Positions 42,101 to 56,520 of a stretch of 64,000 bases of DNA are shown piece by piece. Every line of letters starts with the position of its first letter. Positions within the stretch are counted from its first letter, which is position 1. The position numbers were made by a program, and so were the translations under genes. The notes beneath the pieces were generated by a model. That model was not told the DNA's origin. It saw nothing but the letters and a program-made list of their open reading frames with translations, and searched no databases. Source of the stretch: Laetmonice hystrix (lineage: Eukaryota); the NCBI GenBank assembly GCA_965235115.1, contig OZ249436.1:24740001-24804000 (forward strand), in the 5' to 3' direction.

Positions 42101-45100
42101 ATCAACTCGCATACAGGCGTAAAAGCAAACGCACTGCCCCATATAATGCTCCCAGCCTAAGACGATGTTGCAATTAATTTAAGATTAACAAGATGCACTA
42201 GTAATCCGATCCAAGCCTAATTACGTCATTGCTAGTTTCATAACCAAATCTCACAGAAAATACCCCACCCGCGCACATAACCTGAAAATATTCAACTTTT
42301 ATCTCCAATGTATCCCTGTGCACCTAGTAGCACACAAGCGGGCCCAATTTTGACATCCCAACACAAATACCGCAAATACCCGCCTAATGGCACAAAAAAC
42401 TTTCTACCCCGTTGCAAGTCACATTAGCGTGCTGCTTGTCGTAAAAAATGGTGCAGACCATTTCTAAAGTCACAGTACCCCACTCCCGTCCTAATATTAC
42501 GTTTCAGTATCCATATACGCTGCAAGCGGCAGGAACTCGAATACAGGCCTAAAAGTAACCTCAGTCTAGCAATATCATACTCCCATGCCATATACGAGCT
42601 TGTAATTATCTTTAATTAATGGGCTCCGCAGCACCAACCCACTGCATTAACATTTGTTTAACAGCTTAACGCACCTTGTAAAATTTTTTCAAGTGCGTAA
42701 AAATGCGTGTCCACCTCCACATACTTTAAAAATCACTATACCCACCCAGCGACATCCACTCTAATACACGCCTAAAAGGAACTTCACTGTCCCATTTGAT
42801 TCTCCAGCACGTATAGGATGTTTCAAGTAACATTCATCCACGGTCTGGCCCAATAACGTGCAACAAGGCATAGTAAGTCAATGCGAGCTCGCATGTCAAA
42901 CCTAACCCGCCCCCAAGCACATGAGCTGAAAATATTCAAATAGCTTGAAAACTAGAATATAGCTTTGCTTAATACCATTATACCATCAACTCGCATTACA
43001 GGCCTAATGCGAAGCTCCCAGCCTAAAACGAGTTTCCAATTAATTTAAAGTTAACAAGATGCACTAATAATCGATTCCAAGCCTAATTAGGCCATTGCTA
43101 GTTGGATAACCAAATCTCATACAAAATACACCCTCCCGGCAGATGACCTGAGAATATTCAACTCTTATGTCCGATATATCCCTGTCCGCTTTGTAGCACC
43201 CAGCCGGGCCCCCATTTTGACATTGCAACACCAATACAGCAAGTGCCCAGCTAACAGCACAAATAACAGGATTCAGGGCTTCCTACCACGTTACAAGTCA
43301 CAATAGATTGCTGCCTGTCGTAAAAATATACCAGACCATTTTAAAAAGTCACAGAACCCCAATCCGGCCCTAATATGTCACTCCCAGTACCAATACACTC
43401 TGGAAGCACCATCAACTGAAATTCAGGCCTAGAACCCACCTCTCTCTACCAATATCATGCACCTAGTCCGTATACGAGGTTGTAATTTACTTTAATCAAC
43501 GGGCTGCGCCGCAGCAACCCACTCTGGTCTTTGCAATCTTTTTCAATATGCGTTAACATTTGTAACCAGCTCAACGCGCCTTGTAAAATTTTTCAAAGTG
43601 CGTAAAAGTGTGTGTCCACCCCGACACGCTTTCCAAACCACTATACCCACCGAGCGACATCCACTCAAATACAGGCTTCGACCGATCCTCACTGTGCCAA
43701 TAATCCGCCACAAGGCAAATTCAGTCAATGCAAGCTGGAAAATCGAATGTCAAACCTAATGCTCCCCCCCAGCACGTTAACTGAAAATAATCAACTAGCT
43801 TGAAAACTAGAATATAGCTTTGTTAAGCTAACAATCTACTCTCCCAGCGCCATCAACTCGCATACAGGCGTAAAAGCAAACGCACTGCCCCATATAATGC
43901 TCCCAGCCTAAAACGATGTTGCAATTAATTTAAAATTAACAAGATGCACTAGTAATCCGATCCAAGCCTAATTACGTCATTGCTAGTTTCATAACCAAAT
44001 CTCACAGAAAATACCCCACCCGCGCACATAACCTGAAAATATTCAACTTTTATCTCCAATGTATCCCTGTGCACCTAGTAGCACCCAAGCGGGCCCAATT
44101 TTGACATTCCAACACAAATACCGCAAATACCCGCCTAATGGCACAAAAAACTTTCTACCCCGTTGCAAGTCACATTAGCTTGCTGCTTGTCGTAAAAAAT
44201 GGTGCAGACCATTTCTAAAGTCACAGTACCCCACTCCCGGCCTAATATTACGTTTCAGTATCCATATACGCTGCAAGCGGCAGGAACTCGAATACAGGCC
44301 TAAAAGTAACCCCAGTCTAGCAATATCATACTCTCATGCCATATACGAGCTTGTAATTATCTTTAATTAATGGGCTCCGCAGCACCAACCCACTGCATTA
44401 ACATTTGTTTAACAGCTTAACGCACCTTGTAAAAAATTTTCAAGTGCGTAAAAATGCGTGTCCACCTCCACATACTTTAAAAATCACTATACCCACCCAG
44501 CGACATTCACTCTAATACACGCCTAAGAGGAACTTCACTGTCCCATTTGATTCTCCAGCACGTATAGGATGTTTCAAGTAACATTTATCCACGGTCTGGC
44601 CCAATAACGTGCAACAAGGCATAGTAAGTCAATGCGACCTCGCATGTCAAACCTAACCCGCCCCCCAGCACATGAGCTGGAGATATTCAAATAGCTTGAA
44701 AACTAGAATATAGCTTTGCTTAATACCATTATACCATCAACTCGCATTACAGGCCTAATGCGAAGCTCCCAGCCTAAAACGAGTTTCCAATTAATTTAAA
44801 GTTAACAAGATGCACTAATAATCGATTCCAAGCCTAATTAGGCCATTGCTAGTTGGATAACCAAATCTCATACAAAATACACCCTCCCGGCAGATGACCT
44901 GAGAATATTCAACTCTTATGTCCGATATATCCCTGTCCGCTTAGTAGCACCCAGCCGGGCCCCCATTTTGACATTGCAACACCAATACAGCAAGTGCCCA
45001 GCTAACAGCACAAATAACAGGATTCAGGGCTTCCTACCACGTTACAAGTCACAATAGATTGCTGCCTGTCGTAAAAATATACCAGACCATTTTAAAAAGT

Positions 45101-45596
45101 CACAGAACCCCAATCCGGCCCTAATATGTCACTCCCAGTACCAATAGACGCTGGAAGCACCATCAACTGAAATTCAGGCCTAGAACCCACCTCTCTCTAC
45201 CAATATCATGCACCTAGTCCGTATACGAGGTTGTAATTTACTTTAATCAACGGGCTGCGCCGCAGCAACCCACTCTGGTCTTTGCAATCTTTTTCAATAT
45301 GCGTTAACATTTGTGACCAGCTCAACGCGCCTTGTAAAATTTTTCAAAGTGCGTAAAAGTGTGTGTCCACCCCGACACGCTTTCCAAACCACTATACCCA
45401 CCGAGCGACATCCACTCAAATACAGGCTTCGACCGATCCTCACTGTGCCAATAATCCGCCACAAGGCAAATTCAGTCAATGCAAGCTGGAAAATCGAATG
45501 TCAAACCTAATGCTCCCCCCCCAGCACGTTAACTGAAAAAAATCAACTAGCTTGAAAACTAGAATATAGCTTTGTTTAGCTAACAATCTACTCTCC

Positions 45597-48500
45597 CAGC
45601 GCCATCAACTCGCATACAGGCGTAAAAGCAAACGCACTGCCCCATATAATGCTCCCAGCCTAAGACGATGTTGCAATTAATTTAAGATTAACAAGATGCA
45701 CTAGTAATCCGATCCAAGCCTAATTACGTCATTGCTAGTTTCATAACCAAATCTCACAGAAAATACCCCACCCGCGCACATAACCTGAAAATATTCAACT
45801 TTTATCTCCAATGTATCCCTGTGCACCTAGTAGCACACAAGCGGGCCCAATTTTGACATCCCAACACAAATACCGCAAATACCCGCCTAATGGCACAAAA
45901 AACTTTCTACCCCGTTGCAAGTCACATTAGCGTGCTGCTTGTCGTAAAAAATGGTGCAGACCATTTCTAAAGTCACAGTACCCCACTCCCGGCCTAATAT
46001 TACGTTTCAGTATCCATATACGCTGCAAGCGGCAGGAACTCGAATACAGGCCTAAAAGTAACCTCAGTCTAGCAATATCATACTCCCATGCCATATACGA
46101 GCTTGTAATTATCTTTAATTAATGGGCTCCGCAGCACCAACCCACTGCATTAACATTTGTTTAACAGCTTAACGCACCTTGTAAAATTTTTTCAAGTGCG
46201 TAAAAATGCGTGTCCACCTCCACATACTTTAAAAATCACTATACCCACCCAGCGACATCCACTCTAATACACGCCTAAAAGGAACTTCACTGTCCCATTT
46301 GATTCTCCAGCACGTATAGGATGTTTCAAGTAACATTCATCCACGGTCTGGCCCAATAACGTGCAACAAGGCATAGTAAGTCAATGCGAGCTCGCATGTC
46401 AAACCTAACCCGCCCCCAAGCACATGAGCTGAAAATATTCAAATAGCTTGAAAACTAGAATATAGCTTTGCTTAATACCATTATACCATCAACTCGCATT
46501 ACAGGCCTAATGCGAAGCTCCCAGCCTAAAACGAGTTTCCAATTAATTTAAAGTTAACAAGATGCACTAATAATCGATTCCAAGCCTAATTAGGCCATTG
46601 CTAGTTGGATAACCAAATCTCATACAAAATACACCCTCCCGGCAGATGACCTGAGAATATTCAACTCTTATGTCCGATATATCCCTGTCCGCTTAGTAGC
46701 ACCCAGCCGGGCCCCCATTTTGACATTGCAACACCAATACAGCAAGTGCCCAGCTAACAGCACAAATAACAGAATTCAGGGCTTCCTACCACGTTACAAG
46801 TCACAATAGATTGCTGCCTGTCGTAAAAATATACCAGACCATTTTAAAAAGTCACAGAACCCCAATCCGGCCCTAATATGTCACTCCCAGTACCAATAGA
46901 CGCTGGAAGCACCATCAACTGAAATTCAGGCCTAGAACCCACCTCTCTCTACCAATATCATGCACCTAGTCCGTATACGAGGTTGTAATTTACTTTAATC
47001 AACGGGCTGCGCCGCAGCAACCCACTCTGGTCTTTGCAATCTTTTTCAATATGCGTTAACATTTGTGACCAGCTCAACGCGCCTTGTAAAATTTTTCAAA
47101 GTGCGTAAAAGTGTGTGTCCACCCCGACACGCTTTCCAAACCACTATACCCACCGAGCGACATCCACTCAAATACAGGCTTCGACCGATCCTCACTGTGC
47201 CAATAATCCGCCACAAGGCAAATTCAGTCAATGCAAGCTGGAAAATCGAATGTCAAACCTAATGCTCCCCCCCCCCAGCACGTTAACTGAAAAAAATCAA
47301 CTAGCTTGAAAACTAGAATATAGCTTTGTTTAGCTAACAATCTACTCTCCCAGCGCCATCAACTCGCATACAGGCGTAAAAGCAAACGCACTGCCCCATA
47401 TAATGCTCCCAGCCTAAGACGATGTTGCAATTAATTTAAGATTAACAAGATGCACTAGTAATCCGATCCAAGCCTAATTACGTCATTGCTAGTTTCATAA
47501 CCAAATCTCACAGAAAATACCCCACCCGCGCACATAACCTGAAAATATTCAACTTTTATCTCCAATGTATCCCTGTGCACCTAGTAGCACCCAAGCGGGC
47601 TCAATTTTGACATTCCAACACAAATACCGCAAATACCCGCCTAATGGCACAAAAAACTTTCTACCCCGTTGCAAGTCACATTAGCTTGCTGCTTGTCGTA
47701 AAAAATGGTGCAGACCATTTCTAAAGTCACAGTACCCCACTCCCGGCCTAATATTACGTTTCAGTATCCATATACGCTGCAAGCGGCAAGAACTCGAATA
47801 CAGGCCTAAAAGTAACCCCAGTCTAGCAATATCATACTCTCATGCCATATACGAGCTTGTAATTATCTTTAATTAATGGGCTCCGCAGCACCAACCCACT
47901 GCATTAACATTTGTTTAACAGCTTAACGCACCTTGTAAAAAATTTTCAAGTGCGTAAAAATGCGTGTCCACCTCCACATACTTTAAAAATCACTATACCC
48001 ACCCAGCGACATTCACTCTAATACACGCCTAAGAGGAACTTCACTGTCCCATTTGATTCTCCAGCACGTATAGGATGTTTCAAGTAACATTTATCCACGG
48101 TCTGGCCCAATAACGTGCAACAAGGCATAGTAAGTCAATGCGAGCTCGCATGTCAAACCTAACCCGCCCCCCAGCACATGAGCTGAAAATATTCAAATAG
48201 CTTGAAAACTAGAATATAGCTTTGCTTAATACCATTATACCATCAACTCGCATTACAGGCCTAATGCGAAGCTCCCAGCCTAAAACGAGTTTCCAATTAA
48301 TTTAAAGTTAACAAGATGCACTAATAATCGATTCCAAGCCTAATTAGGCCATTGCTAGTTGGATAACCAAATCTCATACAAAATACACCCTCCCGGCAGA
48401 TGACCTGAGAATATTCAACTCTTATGTCCGATATATCCCTGTCCGCTTAGTAGCACCCAGCCGGGCCCCCATTTTGACATTGCAACACCAATACAGCAAG

Positions 48501-51500
48501 TGCCCAGCTAACAGCACAAATAACAGGATTCAGGGCTTCCTACCACGTTACAAGTCACAATAGATTGCTGCCTGTCGTAAAAATATACCAGACCATTTTA
48601 AAAAGTCACAGAACCCCAATCCGGCCCTAATATGTCACTCCCAGTACCAATACACGCTGGAAGCACCATCAACTGAAATTCAGGCCTAGAACCCACCTCT
48701 CTCTACCAATATCATGCACCTAGTCCGTATACGAGGTTGTAATTTACTTTAATCAACGGGCTGCGCCGCAGCAACCCACTCTGGTCTTTGCAATCTTTTT
48801 CAATATGCGTTAACATTTGTAACCAGCTCAACGCGCCTTGTAAAATTTTTCAAAGTGCGTAAAAGTGTGTGTCCACCCCGACACGCTTTCCAAACCACTA
48901 TACCCACCGAGCGACATCCACTCAAATACAGGCTTCGACCGATCCTCACTGTGCCAATAATCCGCCACAAGGCAAATTCAGTCAATGCAAGCTGGAAAAT
49001 CGAATGTCAAACCTAATGCTCCCCCCCCCCAGCACGTTAACTGAAAATAATCAACTAGCTTGAAAACTAGAATATAGCTTTGTTAAGCTAACAATCTACT
49101 CTCCCAGCGCCATCAACTCGCATACAGGCGTAAAAGCAAACGCACTGCCCCATATAATGCTTCCAGCCTAAAACGATGTTGCAATTAATTTAAAATTAAC
49201 AAGATGCACTAGTAATCCGATCCAAGCCTAATTACGTCATTGCTAGTTTCATAACCAAATCTCACAGAAAATACCCCACCCGCGCACATAACCTGAAAAT
49301 ATTCAACTTTTATCTCCAATGTATCCCTGTGCACCTAGTAGCACCCAAGCGGGCCCAATTTTGACATTCCAACACAAATACCGCAAATACCCGCCTAATG
49401 GCACAAAAAACTTTCTACCCCGTTGCAAGTCACATTAGCTTGCTGCTTGTCGTAAAAAATGGTGCAGACCATTTCTAAAGTCACAGTACCCCACTCCCGG
49501 CCTAATATTACGTTTCAGTATCCATATACGCTGCAAGCGGCAGGAACTCGAATACAGGCCTAAAAGTAACCCCAGTCTAGCAATATCATACTCTCATGCC
49601 ATATACGAGCTTGTAATTATCTTTAATTAATGGGCTCCGCAGCACCAACCCACTGCATTAACATTTGTTTAACAGCTTAACGCACCTTGTAAAAAATTTT
49701 CAAGTGCGTAAAAATGCGTGTCCACCTCCACATACTTTAAAAATCACTATACCCACCCAGCGACATTCACTCTAATACACGCCTAAGAGGAACTTCACTG
49801 TCCCATTTGATTCTCCAGCACGTATAGGATGTTTCAAGTAACATTTATCCACGGTCTGGCCCAATAACGTGCAACAAGGCATAGTAAGTCAATGCGACCT
49901 CGCATGTCAAACCTAACCCGCCCCCCAGCACATGAGCTGGAGATATTCAAATAGCTTGAAAACTAGAATATAGCTTTGCTTAATACCATTATACCATCAA
50001 CTCGCATTACAGGCCTAATGCGAAGCTCCCAGCCTAAAACGAGTTTCCAATTAATTTAAAGTTAACAAGATGCACTAATAGGGAGCCGAAGTAGGTCACG
50101 AGATGTTGCGTTACAACGCGATAAAAGTCGATTTTGTTGACACGTCATTATCGCTCACGCTTGTTTAGCATTGCGCTGGCCATAGAGGACGGCGACTGCC
50201 AACTTCAACTCGTGATTTCTCTTTAATTATCCTGCCCTTTGTAATGAAACCTTCCCAGATATTTGTATCAACCTGTTTTATGCTTGAATATATAACTTTT
50301 ATACAAAACAACACAAAAATCTTCAAGACTAAGCCGATCTTTGGAACGATGTCTCTTCATCCTATGTTAAACCAATGGGGAAATTTGTGACGCAACAATT
50401 GTGTGTCAACATTGACGCTCCATTTGTACCTCCTATCCAGAAAATCCGTAACTGTGTCACGAGACTTCGGCGCCCTATAATCGATTCCAAGCCTAATTAG
50501 GCCATTGCTAGTTGGATAACCAAATCTCATACAAAATACACCCTCCCGGCAGATGACCTGAGAATATTCAACTCTTATGTCCGATATATCCCTGTCCGCT
50601 TAGTAGCACCCAGCCGGGCCCCCATTTTGACATTGCAACACCAATACAGCAAGTGCCCAGCTAACAGCACAAATAACAGGATTCAGGGCTTCCTACCACG
50701 TTACAAGTCACAATAGATTGCTGCCTGTCGTAAAAATATACCAGACCATTTTAAAAAGTCACAGAACCCCAATCCGGCCCTAATATGTCACTCCCAGTAC
50801 CAATACACGCTGGAAGCACCATCAACTGAAATTCAGGCCTAGAACCCACCTCTCTCTACCAATATCATGCACCTAGTCCGTATACGAGGTTGTAATTTAC
50901 TTTAATCAACGGGCTGCGCCGCAGCAACCCACTCTGGTCTTTGCAATCTTTTTCAATATGCGTTAACATTTGTAACCAGCTCAACGCGCCTTGTAAAATT
51001 TTTCAAAGTGCGTAAAAGTGTGTGTCCACCCCGACACGCTTTCCAAACCACTATACCCACCGAGCGACATCCACTCAAATACAGGCTTCGACCGATCCTC
51101 ACTGTGCCAATAATCCGCCACAAGGCAAATTCAGTCAATGCAAGCTGGAAAATCGAATGTCAAACCTAATGCTCCCCCCCCCCCAGCACGTTAACTGAAA
51201 ATAATCAACTAGCTTGAAAACTAGAATATAGCTTTGTTAAGCTAACAATCTACTCTCCCAGCGCCATCAACTCGCATACAGGCGTAAAAGCAAACGCACT
51301 GCCCCATATAATGCTCCCAGCCTAAGACGATGTTGCAATTAATTTAAGATTAACAAGATGCACTAGTAATCCGATCCAAGCCTAATTACGTCATTGCTAG
51401 TTTCATAACCAAATCTCACAGAAAATACCCCACCCGCGCACATAACCTGAAAATATTCAACTTTTATCTCCAATGTATCCCTGTGCACCTAGTAGCACAC

Positions 51501-54500
51501 AAGCGGGCCCAATTTTGACATCCCAACACAAATACCGCAAATACCCGCCTAATGGCACAAAAAACTTTCTACCCCGTTGCAAGTCACATTAGCGTGCTGC
51601 TTGTCGTAAAAAATGGTGCAGACCATTTCTAAAGTCACAGTACCCCACTCCCGGCCTAATATTACGTTTCAGTATCCATATACGCTGCAAGCGGCAGGAA
51701 CTCGAATACAGGCCTAAAAGTAACCTCAGTCTAGCAATATCATACTCCCATGCCATATACGAGCTTGTAATTATCTTTAATTAATGGGCTCCGCAGCACC
51801 AACCCACTGCATTAACATTTGTTTAACAGCTTAACGCACCTTGTAAAATTTTTTCAAGTGCGTAAAAATGCGTGTCCACCTCCACATACTTTAAAAATCA
51901 CTATACCCACCCAGCGACATCCACTCTAATACACGCCTAAAAGGAACTTCACTGTCCCATTTGATTCTCCAGCACGTATAGGATGTTTAAAGTAACATTC
52001 ATCCACGGTCTGGCCCAATAACGTGCAACAAGGCATAGTAAGTCAATGCGAGCTCGCATGTCAAACCTAACCCGCCCCCAAGCACATGAGCTGAAAATAT
52101 TCAAATAGCTTGAAAACTAGAATATAGCTTTGCTTAATACCATTATACCATCAACTCGCATTACAGGCCTAATGCGAAGCTCCCAGCCTAAAACGAGTTT
52201 CCAATTAATTTAAAGTTAACAAGATGCACTAATAATCGATTCCAAGCCTAATTAGGCCATTGCTAGTTGGATAACCAAATCTCATACAAAATACACCCTC
52301 CCGGCAGATGACCTGAGAATATTCAACTCTTATGTCCGATATATCCCTGTCCGCTTAGTAGCACCCAGCCGGGCCCCCATTTTGACATTGCAACACCAAT
52401 ACAGCAAGTGCCCAGCTAACAGCACAAATAACAGAATTCAGGGCTTCCTACCACGTTACAAGTCACAATAGATTGCTGCCTGTCGTAAAAATATACCAGA
52501 CCATTTTAAAAAGTCACAGAACCCCAATCCGGCCCTAATATGTCACTCCCAGTACCAATAGACGCTGGAAGCACCATCAACTGAAATTCAGGCCTAGAAC
52601 CCACCTCTCTCTACCAATATCATGCACCTAGTCCGTATACGAGGTTGTAATTTACTTTAATCAACGGGCTGCGCCGCAGCAACCCACTCTGGTCTTTGCA
52701 ATCTTTTTCAATATGCGTTAACATTTGTGACCAGCTCAACGCGCCTTGTAAAATTTTTCAAAGTGCGTAAAAGTGTGTGTCCACCCCGACACGCTTTCCA
52801 AACCACTATACCCACCGAGCGACATCCACTCAAATACAGGCTTCGACCGATCCTCACTGTGCCAATAATCCGCCACAAGGCAAATTCAGTCAATGCAAGC
52901 TGGAAAATCGAATGTCAAACCTAATGCTCCCCCCCCCCCAGCACGTTAACTGAAAAAAATCAACTAGCTTGAAAACTAGAATATAGCTTTGTTTAGCTAA
53001 CAATCTACTCTCCCAGCGCCATCAACTCGCATACAGGCGTAAAAGCAAACGCACTGCCCCATATAATGCTCCCAGCCTAAGACGATGTTGCAATTAATTT
53101 AAGATTAACAAGATGCACTAGTAATCCGATCCAAGCCTAATTACGTCATTGCTAGTTTCATAACCAAATCTCACAGAAAATACCCCACCCGCGCACATAA
53201 CCTGAAAATATTCAACTTTTATCTCCAATGTATCCCTGTGCACCTAGTAGCACCCAAGCGGGCCCAATTTTGACATTCCAACACAAATACCGCAAATACC
53301 CGCCTAATGGCACAAAAAACTTTCTACCCCGTTGCAAGTCACATTAGCTTGCTGCTTGTCGTAAAAAATGGTGCAGACCATTTCTAAAGTCACAGTACCC
53401 CACTCCCGGCCTAATATTACGTTTCAGTATCCATATACGCTGCAAGCGGCAAGAACTCGAATACAGGCCTAAAAGTAACCCCAGTCTAGCAATATCATAC
53501 TCTCATGCCATATACGAGCTTGTAATTATCTTTAATTAATGGGCTCCGCAGCACCAACCCACTGCATTAACATTTGTTTAACAGCTTAACGCACCTTGTA
53601 AAAAATTTTCAAGTGCGTAAAAATGCGTGTCCACCTCCACATACTTTAAAAATCACTATACCCACCCAGCGACATTCACTCTAATACACGCCTAAGAGGA
53701 ACTTCACTGTCCCATTTGATTCTCCAGCACGTATAGGATGTTTCAAGTAACATTTATCCACGGTCTGGCCCAATAACGTGCAACAAGGCATAGTAAGTCA
53801 ATGCGAGCTCGCATGTCAAACCTAACCCGCCCCCCAGCACATGAGCTGAAAATATTCAAATAGCTTGAAAACTAGAATATAGCTTTGCTTAATACCATTA
53901 TACCATCAACTCGCATTACAGGCCTAATGCGAAGCTCCCAGCCTAAAACGAGTTTCCAATTAATTTAAAGTTAACAAGATGCACTAATAATCGATTCCAA
54001 GCCTAATTAGGCCATTGCTAGTTGGATAACCAAATCTCATACAAAATACACCCTCCCGGCAGATGACCTGAGAATATTCAACTCTTATGTCCGATATATC
54101 CCTGTCCGCTTAGTAGCACCCAGCCGGGCCCCCATTTTGACATTGCAACACCAATACAGCAAGTGCCCAGCTAACAGCACAAATAACAGGATTCAGGGCT
54201 TCCTACCACGTTACAAGTCACAATAGATTGCTGCCTGTCGTAAAAATATACCAGACCATTTTAAAAAGTCACAGAACCCCAATCCGGCCCTAATATGTCA
54301 CTCCCAGTACCAATACACGCTGGAAGCACCATCAACTGAAATTCAGGCCTAGAACCCACCTCTCTCTACCAATATCATGCACCTAGTCCGTATACGAGGT
54401 TGTAATTTACTTTAATCAACGGGCTGCGCCGCAGCAACCCACTCTGGTCTTTGCAATCTTTTTCAATATGCGTTAACATTTGTAACCAGCTCAACGCGCC

Positions 54501-56520
54501 TTGTAAAATTTTTCAAAGTGCGTAAAAGTGTGTGTCCACCCCGACACGCTTTCCAAACCACTATACCCACCGAGCGACATCCACTCAAATACAGGCTTCG
54601 ACCGATCCTCACTGTGCCAATAATCCGCCACAAGGCAAATTCAGTCAATGCAAGCTGGAAAATCGAATGTCAAACCTAATGCTCCCCCCCCCAGCACGTT
54701 AACTGAAAATAATCAACTAGCTTGAAAACTAGAATATAGCTTTGTTAAGCTAACAATCTACTCTCCCAGCGCCATCAACTCGCATACAGGCGTAAAAGCA
54801 AACGCACTGCCCCATATAATGCTTCCAGCCTAAAACGATGTTGCAATTAATTTAAAATTAACAAGATGCACTAGTAATCCGATCCAAGCCTAATTACGTC
54901 ATTGCTAGTTTCATAACCAAATCTCACAGAAAATACCCCACCCGCGCACATAACCTGAAAATATTCAACTTTTATCTCCAATGTATCCCTGTGCACCTAG
55001 TAGCACCCAAGCGGGCCCAATTTTGACATTCCAACACAAATACCGCAAATACCCGCCTAATGGCACAAAAAACTTTCTACCCCGTTGCAAGTCACATTAG
55101 CTTGCTGCTTGTCGTAAAAAATGGTGCAGACCATTTCTAAAGTCACAGTACCCCACTCCCGGCCTAATATTACGTTTCAGTATCCATATACGCTGCAAGC
55201 GGCAGGAACTCGAATACAGGCCTAAAAGTAACCCCAGTCTAGCAATATCATACTCTCATGCCATATACGAGCTTGTAATTATCTTTAATTAATGGGCTCC
55301 GCAGCACCAACCCACTGCATTAACATTTGTTTAACAGCTTAACGCACCTTGTAAAACATTTTCAAGTGCGTAAAAATGCGTGTCCACCTCCACATACTTT
55401 AAAAATCACTATACCCACCCAGCGACATTCACTCTAATACACGCCTAAGAGGAACTTCACTGTCCCATTTGATTCTCCAGCACGTATAGGATGTTTCAAG
55501 TAACATTTATCCACGGTCTGGCCCAATAACGTGCAACAAGGCATAGTAAGTCAATGCGACCTCGCATGTCAAACCTAACCCGCCCCCCAGCACATGAGCT
55601 GGAGATATTCAAATAGCTTGAAAACTAGAATATAGCTTTGCTTAATACCATTATACCATCAACTCGCATTACAGGCCTAATGCGAAGCTCCCAGCCTAAA
55701 ACGAGTTTCCAATTAATTTAAAGTTAACAAGATGCACTAATAATCGATTCCAAGCCTAATTAGGCCATTGCTAGTTGGATAACCAAATCTCATACAAAAT
55801 ACACCCTCCCGGCAGATGACCTGAGAATATTCAACTCTTATGTCCGATATATCCCTGTCCGCTTAGTAGCACCCAGCCGGGCCCCCATTTTGACATTGCA
55901 ACACCAATACAGCAAGTGCCCAGCTAACAGCACAAATAACAGGATTCAGGGCTTCCTACCACGTTACAAGTCACAATAGATTGCTGCCTGTCGTAAAAAT
56001 ATACCAGACCATTTTAAAAAGTCACAGAACCCCAATCCGGCCCTAATATGTCACTCCCAGTACCAATAGACGCTGGAAGCACCATCAACTGAAATTCAGG
56101 CCTAGAACCCACCTCTCTCTACCAATATCATGCACCTAGTCCGTATACGAGGTTGTAATTTACTTTAATCAACGGGCTGCGCCGCAGCAACCCACTCTGG
56201 TCTTTGCAATCTTTTTCAATATGCGTTAACATTTGTGACCAGCTCAACGCGCCTTGTAAAATTTTTCAAAGTGCGTAAAAGTGTGTGTCCACCCCGACAC
56301 GCTTTCCAAACCACTATACCCACCGAGCGACATCCACTCAAATACAGGCTTCGACCGATCCTCACTGTGCCAATAATCCGCCACAAGGCAAATTCAGTCA
56401 ATGCAAGCTGGAAAATCGAATGTCAAACCTAATGCTCCCCCCCCCCAGCACGTTAACTGAAAATAATCAACTAGCTTGAAAACTAGAATATAGCTTTGTT
56501 AAGCTAACAATCTACTCTCC
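45597..56520. repeat. Local 3-unit duplication (units 27-29 vs 30-32)
   Basis: The same ordered rare markers occur in both blocks: ACAGAATTCAGG (46772 / 52434), then GCGGCAAGAACT in an A1-to-A2 recombinant unit (~47788 / ~53451), then AATGCTTCCAGCC (~49161 / ~54823). Confidence 0.8.
50080..50476. mobile_element. 397-bp non-autonomous DNA transposon (MITE), 13-bp imperfect TIRs, AT target-site duplication; ISL2EU/PHIS-like (family assignment tentative)
   Basis: The empty site in other units is GCACTA-AT-AATCGATT. Here it reads GCACTA-AT-[AGGGAGCCGAAGT...ACTTCGGCGCCCT]-AT-AATCGATT. The TIRs match 12/13, the interior is unrelated to the satellite and AT-rich in its centre, and the track shows no ORF in it. 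The unit is 399 bp longer than normal (397+2). Confidence 0.92.

Noticed and set aside
50079..50480. Tc1/mariner-type TA duplication for the MITE
   Set aside because: A TA TSD would leave asymmetric ends (GGG...CCCTA). The AT reading gives symmetric AGGG...CCCT termini.
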